DNA from: Waterburya sp.
GTDB lineage: Bacteria; Cyanobacteriota; Cyanobacteriia; Cyanobacteriales; Xenococcaceae
Length of the DNA: 64,000 bases
Direction of reading: 5' to 3'
Assembly: GCA_965217895.1 (NCBI GenBank)
Contig: CBDCJV010000002.1
Coordinates: 3,264,001 to 3,328,000, forward strand
Positions 59,846 through 64,000 of the stretch are shown piece after piece. Every line of letters starts with the position of its first letter. Positions within the stretch are counted from its first letter, which is position 1. The notes beneath the pieces are model-generated. The model made no database searches. It worked only from the letters and a program-made list of their open reading frames with translations, and was not told the DNA's origin. A program made the translations under genes and the position numbers.

Positions 59846-61195
59846 TTAATCCTCGCTATTCCAGTCGGGGATTTCTTTTTGGCGCGATCGCGCTACTACC
59901 AAAGCATTGTCACTAACATCTTGAGTGACCACTGAACCCGCTGCTACGGTAACGTTTTCACCCAGGGTAACAGGAGCGACCAAGACGCTATTTGAGCCAA
60001 TTTTAGCACCTTTTTTGATGGTTGTAGGATGTTTATTTTTGCCATCATAGTTAGCGGTAATTGTACCTGCACCGATGTTTACGCGATCGCCCAAAGTCGC
60101 ATCTCCCAAATAAGAAAGATGAGCCACGTTAGTATTTGAGCCGACGGTAGTTTTCTTAATCTCGACAAAGTTACCCACGCGACAGCTTTCACCTAGTTTA
60201 ACGTCTCCACGCAGATGAGAATAAGGTCCAATTCTCGTATAATCGGCAACCTCTGAATCTGTCACCACCGAATATAAAATGCTCACCCCAGAACCAATTT
60301 TACTATTTTCAACTAAACTACCAGGGCCGATTCTGCTGCCTGTAGCAATGATAGTATTACCTCGCAAATGAGTTTGAGGTTCAATAATTATATCAGGCTC
60401 TAGTTGAACATCTTCACCGATAGTTATACTGTCGGGGTTGAGCATAGTCACCCCTGCCTTCATCCAGTTGTCTTTGATTCTTGCCTGTAAAACATCATAG
60501 GCAGCCGATAGCTGTAGGCGATCGTTGATACCGTTGGTTTCACGATAATCTTCGGCATCGTGAGCCATTACAGGAGAGAGATAACTAACAATCTCGGTTA
60601 AATAGTATTCTTGCTGATCGTTATTGGTAGAAAGCTTAGGCAATGATTCGGCTAGTTTTTGCCAATTAAAACAATATATCCCTGCATTAACGCGCCGATT
60701 TTGCTTTTGAGCAGCATTACAATCACGGTCTTCGATAATGTGACTAACCAAATTATCTCCGTTGCAAAACACTCGTCCATAACCTTGAGGATTAGGCAAA
60801 TTAGCGGTTAGAAGAGTTGCTGCATTTTGCTTTGATTGGTGGGTTGCAACTAGCTGCTGAAGAGTTTCAGGACGTAGTAAAGGCGCATCACCATTTAAGA
60901 CCAGCAAATCTCCCTCATAGCCCTGAAGATGGGGCATTAGCTGCTGTACCGCGTGACCAGTGCCTAACTGCTCAGTTTGCTCGACAAATTCTACATCCTG
61001 ACGATGACTCAAAGCCTGTTTAACTTTTTCTCCCTGATAGCCAATAATGACAACCTGTCGATCTAAATCTAATAAACTACAGCTATCAAGTACTCTTTCG
61101 ACGAGCGATCGCCCTGCCAATATATGCAAGACCTTGGGTAAATCGGACTTCATTCGGGTGCCACGCCCTGCTGCTAAGATTGCTACCGCTACCAT
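59846..61195 (-). CDS. glmU: Bifunctional UDP-GlcNAc pyrophosphorylase / GlcN-1-P acetyltransferase
   Basis: [33 protein letters not shown], hexapeptide repeats, HLSYLGD and NYDG. Confidence 0.97.
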   Translation of the reverse strand: MVAVAILAAGRGTRMKSDLPKVLHILAGRSLVERVLDSCSLLDLDRQVVIIGYQGEKVKQALSHRQDVEFVEQTEQLGTGHAVQQLMPHLQGYEGDLLVLNGDAPLLRPETLQQLVATHQSKQNAATLLTANLPNPQGYGRVFCNGDNLVSHIIEDRDCNAAQKQNRRVNAGIYCFNWQKLAESLPKLSTNNDQQEYYLTEIVSYLSPVMAHDAEDYRETNGINDRLQLSAAYDVLQARIKDNWMKAGVTMLNPDSITIGEDVQLEPDIIIEPQTHLRGNTIIATGSRIGPGSLVENSKIGSGVSILYSVVTDSEVADYTRIGPYSHLRGDVKLGESCRVGNFVEIKKTTVGSNTNVAHLSYLGDATLGDRVNIGAGTITANYDGKNKHPTTIKKGAKIGSNSVLVAPVTLGENVTVAAGSVVTQDVSDNALVVARSRQKEIPDWNSED

Positions 61196-61317
61196 GCTTT
61201 TAGAGATTAATTGTTTTTTATAAATCCGATTGGAGTATAGCTTTTAAGAGGGTGCTAGTCAAAGTCAATTCTTCGGCACTAATAAAATTAAAGACTAGCT
61301 TCTAAAAAGCAACTCAA

Positions 61318-61443
61318 TTATGGGTGAGGTGTAATTGCCAAGATCGTTAGCCGATCGCGATTAGGATCATAAGACCAAAAGACTCTAAAGGCAGCAGGAA
61401 TTTTATTTTCTACATAAGCTTCAAAAATTTTTTCACCATTCAA
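61318..61443 (-). pseudogene. C-terminal fragment of a small RelE/ParE-like hypothetical protein
   Basis: Translates as LNGEKIFEAYVENKIPAAFRVFWSYDPNRDRLTILAITPHP*; an in-frame TAA lies three codons upstream. Confidence 0.5.
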
Positions 61444-61501
61444 TCTCGATTAGTCGTCACTGCTTCACCGCAACGCAACTATCTCGCAATGTTTAATATT
61501 T

Positions 61502-64000
61502 TCACTCATCAATAATTGCATCGCGATCTAACAATAATAGGTTACGCAAGCTGCCAGTATCTAAATCTGTTAGCCATTGTTCACCTGCATTTACGGTTTG
61601 TTCTGCTAGTTCTTTTTTGCTTTCGATAATGTCGCTGATCCGCTCTTCTAAAGTACCAGTACAGACGAATTTGTGTACCTGGACATTGCGTTTTTGCCCA
61701 ATCCGAAATGCTCGATCCGTCGCTTGGTTTTCTACCGCAGGATTCCACCAGCGATCGACGTGAAAAACGTGATTTGCTCTGGTTAAGTTAAGTCCTGTTC
61801 CCCCTGCTTTCAAAGATAGAATAAATATCTTAGGACCATTAGGCTCATTTTGAAAACGATCTACCATTTCTTGTCTAGCTTCACGACGAGTAGAACCATA
61901 TAAAAATAGAACTTCGCCTTTTAATTTCTCTTCTAAATAAGGTTTGAGCATCTTACCCCATTGAGAAAATTGAGTAAAAATTAAGGCTCGATCGCCCTCG
62001 TCAACAATTTCATCTAACATCTCTTCTAAACGCAGTAGTTTACCAGAGCGATCGCCAAAATTATCCGTATTTATTTGCTCTTTATTACTTTTATCGTTAT
62101 TGAGTAATTCAGGATGGTTGCAAAGCTGCTTGAGACGCAATAAGAGAGTTAAGATTAAACCACGGCGTTTAATCCCCTCAGAATCTTCTATTTCTTCTAA
62201 AGAGTTATCAACTAACTGTTGATATAGCTCTGCCTGTTCGCTTGAAAGCCCACAGAAAACGTTCATTTCCTGCTTTTCTGGTAAGTCTTGAATAATGTTT
62301 TGATCGGTTTTTAAACGGCGCAGAATAAAGGGCTGAGTTAAAGATCTAAGAATATTTAAAGACTCGCGATCGCCATATTTTTCAATTGGCACAGCAAACC
62401 TTTTTTGGAAGAAGTTGCGATTACCCAAAAAGCCAGGATTGAGAAAGTCGAGAATTGACCATAACTCAGTCAAGCGATTTTCTACAGGTGTTCCTGTCAG
62501 GGCAATCCGAAAGCCTGCGGGAATTTCTCTGATTGCTTGAGACTGTTTAGCAGCAGGGTTTTTGATGTTTTGCGCTTCGTCTAAGACCACACCCTGCCAG
62601 TCCATAGCTGATAAAGTTTTAAGATCTCTAGGGATTAAAGAATAGCTGGTAATTACTAACTGTTTATTTTCAACTTGTTTAACAAAAGTTTTTCCTTGCG
62701 ATCGCTTATCTCCATGATGGATTATTGTTTTTAACTTGGGGGCAAATTTCTTGACTTCTCGCTCCCAGTTATTGATCACCGAAGTAGGACAAACTAATAA
62801 AGTAGGCTTTTCTAAACTATTTTCTTGTTTCAGGTTTAACAAAAAAGCTATTAGTTGGATCGTTTTTCCCAAACCCATATCGTCTGCCAAACAAGCACCT
62901 AATCCCCAGGTTTCTAGAAAGGATAACCAACCCACACCTTTTGCCTGATAGGGACGCAATTCCCCCACAAAACCTTTGATGTTATTAACAGGTTCAACAG
63001 CTTTATTGTCACTCAAATTATCAAGTAAACCTGATAATACTCCAGTAGATTCAAACTTAACTACAGGCAGTTTAGCTAAAGTTTTCGTATCGCCAGTAGA
63101 CAACCGCAAAGCATCTTCCACTGATAAATCAAGCTGCTCATTAGACCGATCTAACACCGCTTGAGCAGCCTTAACGTCGGCAGGCTGCAGGGCAATCCAT
63201 TGTCCATCGATCTCGACTATCGGCGATTTTTGCGCCAATAACTTTTTAAAATCTGCTTTAGAAACATGGCGATCGCCTACTGCAATTTCTAGCTTATACT
63301 TGAGCATACTTTGCAGACTTAAGCGTTCTCCTTTTCTTTTTGCCACGCTGGCAGTCATTTTAATGCCCAATCTTTGCTCACTATTATCAGAACTCAAGCC
63401 AGGCGGAACAATTACCCCCAGACCATTATCCTGCAACTGCCAAGAAATTGCTCTGATAAATTGGTAAACTTGGATGGGATCGAGGGAACAATTGACAGGT
63501 TGACCTTTTTCAAGGCTTCCTTTAATTGGCTCGTAAATGCGCGTAGCCAACCCTAAACCTTTTAAAAGAGTTTCTTGAGGGTTTTCAATGGTACGTAATG
63601 CCGCTGGGTTAGACTCGTCACCAATATTTAAAAACTCACCTGCACATTGCCAAATAGCTGTTGCCGAAACAACAAAGTCAGGATCGTCTAATGCCTGAAG
63701 ATAATAATTTAAATGCCAGTCGTTTTGTTCTCCTTCAGTAGTTTCCTGGGGCGGAGTCAGCACAAAACAAACTCGATAGCGATTTGAACCTATGTTTTGA
63801 TTGTGGCGACTAACTACATATTCACTAATGGGTAATGCCCAATTATAAAGAACATTAATTAGGCGTTTAATACTTGTGGGTTCAGCTTCTAATACTGGTG
63901 ATTCGGCTAAAGATCGCAACCAAGGCTGCATCCCATCCTCTCTGACATTACCATAGTTGTCACCAACCCAAGAACGTAACCGCGTATCTAAAATAATAAA
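61502..64000 (-). CDS. SNF2/SWI2 family helicase (5' end outside the window)
   Basis: LADDMGLGKT, DEAQNIKN, ALTGTPVEN, SLKAGGTGLNL and QATDRAFRIGQ; the frame stays open from 63931 to the window end. Confidence 0.95.
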   Translation of the reverse strand, partial: FIILDTRLRSWVGDNYGNVREDGMQPWLRSLAESPVLEAEPTSIKRLINVLYNWALPISEYVVSRHNQNIGSNRYRVCFVLTPPQETTEGEQNDWHLNYYLQALDDPDFVVSATAIWQCAGEFLNIGDESNPAALRTIENPQETLLKGLGLATRIYEPIKGSLEKGQPVNCSLDPIQVYQFIRAISWQLQDNGLGVIVPPGLSSDNSEQRLGIKMTASVAKRKGERLSLQSMLKYKLEIAVGDRHVSKADFKKLLAQKSPIVEIDGQWIALQPADVKAAQAVLDRSNEQLDLSVEDALRLSTGDTKTLAKLPVVKFESTGVLSGLLDNLSDNKAVEPVNNIKGFVGELRPYQAKGVGWLSFLETWGLGACLADDMGLGKTIQLIAFLLNLKQENSLEKPTLLVCPTSVINNWEREVKKFAPKLKTIIHHGDKRSQGKTFVKQVENKQLVITSYSLIPRDLKTLSAMDWQGVVLDEAQNIKNPAAKQSQAIREIPAGFRIALTGTPVENRLTELWSILDFLNPGFLGNRNFFQKRFAVPIEKYGDRESLNILRSLTQPFILRRLKTDQNIIQDLPEKQEMNVFCGLSSEQAELYQQLVDNSLEEIEDSEGIKRRGLILTLLLRLKQLCNHPELLNNDKSNKEQINTDNFGDRSGKLLRLEEMLDEIVDEGDRALIFTQFSQWGKMLKPYLEEKLKGEVLFLYGSTRREARQEMVDRFQNEPNGPKIFILSLKAGGTGLNLTRANHVFHVDRWWNPAVENQATDRAFRIGQKRNVQVHKFVCTGTLEERISDIIESKKELAEQTVNAGEQWLTDLDTGSLRNLLLLDRDAIIDE

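Noticed and set aside
61502..64000. SNF2 helicase as part of an anti-phage system
   Set aside because: Looks like the widespread chromosomal SNF2 type, and no defence partner genes are visible in the window.

Overview
64 kb of an AT-rich cyanobacterial chromosome. HIP1 octamers (GCGATCGC) occur throughout, and chlL/chlN, flv4-flv2, cmpABCD and nblS/hik33 are present. Most of the window is housekeeping or stress genes: glcD, ndbB, alpha-mannosidase, flv4/sll0218-like/flv2 divergent from cmpABCD, moaE, fmt, nblS, purD, chlLN, a prx-ZIP-dps-DUF4090-gor oxidative-stress cluster with a PerR/FurC-like operator, a CHASE2-EAL/DUF928/CHAT module, glmU and an SNF2 helicase. The most interesting region is about 40.9-49.2 kb, an apparently NtcA-controlled organic-nitrogen locus. 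It encodes an acyl-CoA-dehydrogenase-fold flavoprotein lacking the catalytic Glu, a stand-alone DUF1989 protein resembling the TMAO-demethylase metal domain, a GlnT/GmaS-like ligase, a divergent Amt with a small membrane partner, and a divergent MOSC protein. It looks like an undescribed methylated-amine/N-oxide utilisation pathway, now split by a frameshifted IS630. The window also holds many small mobile or repetitive elements (three MITE types, REP-like palindromes, a 25-unit two-variant heptamer array, a 78-bp in-frame insertion into a HIP1 site) and several decayed genes missed by the ORF track. All family calls come from motif recognition by eye; no database searches were run.
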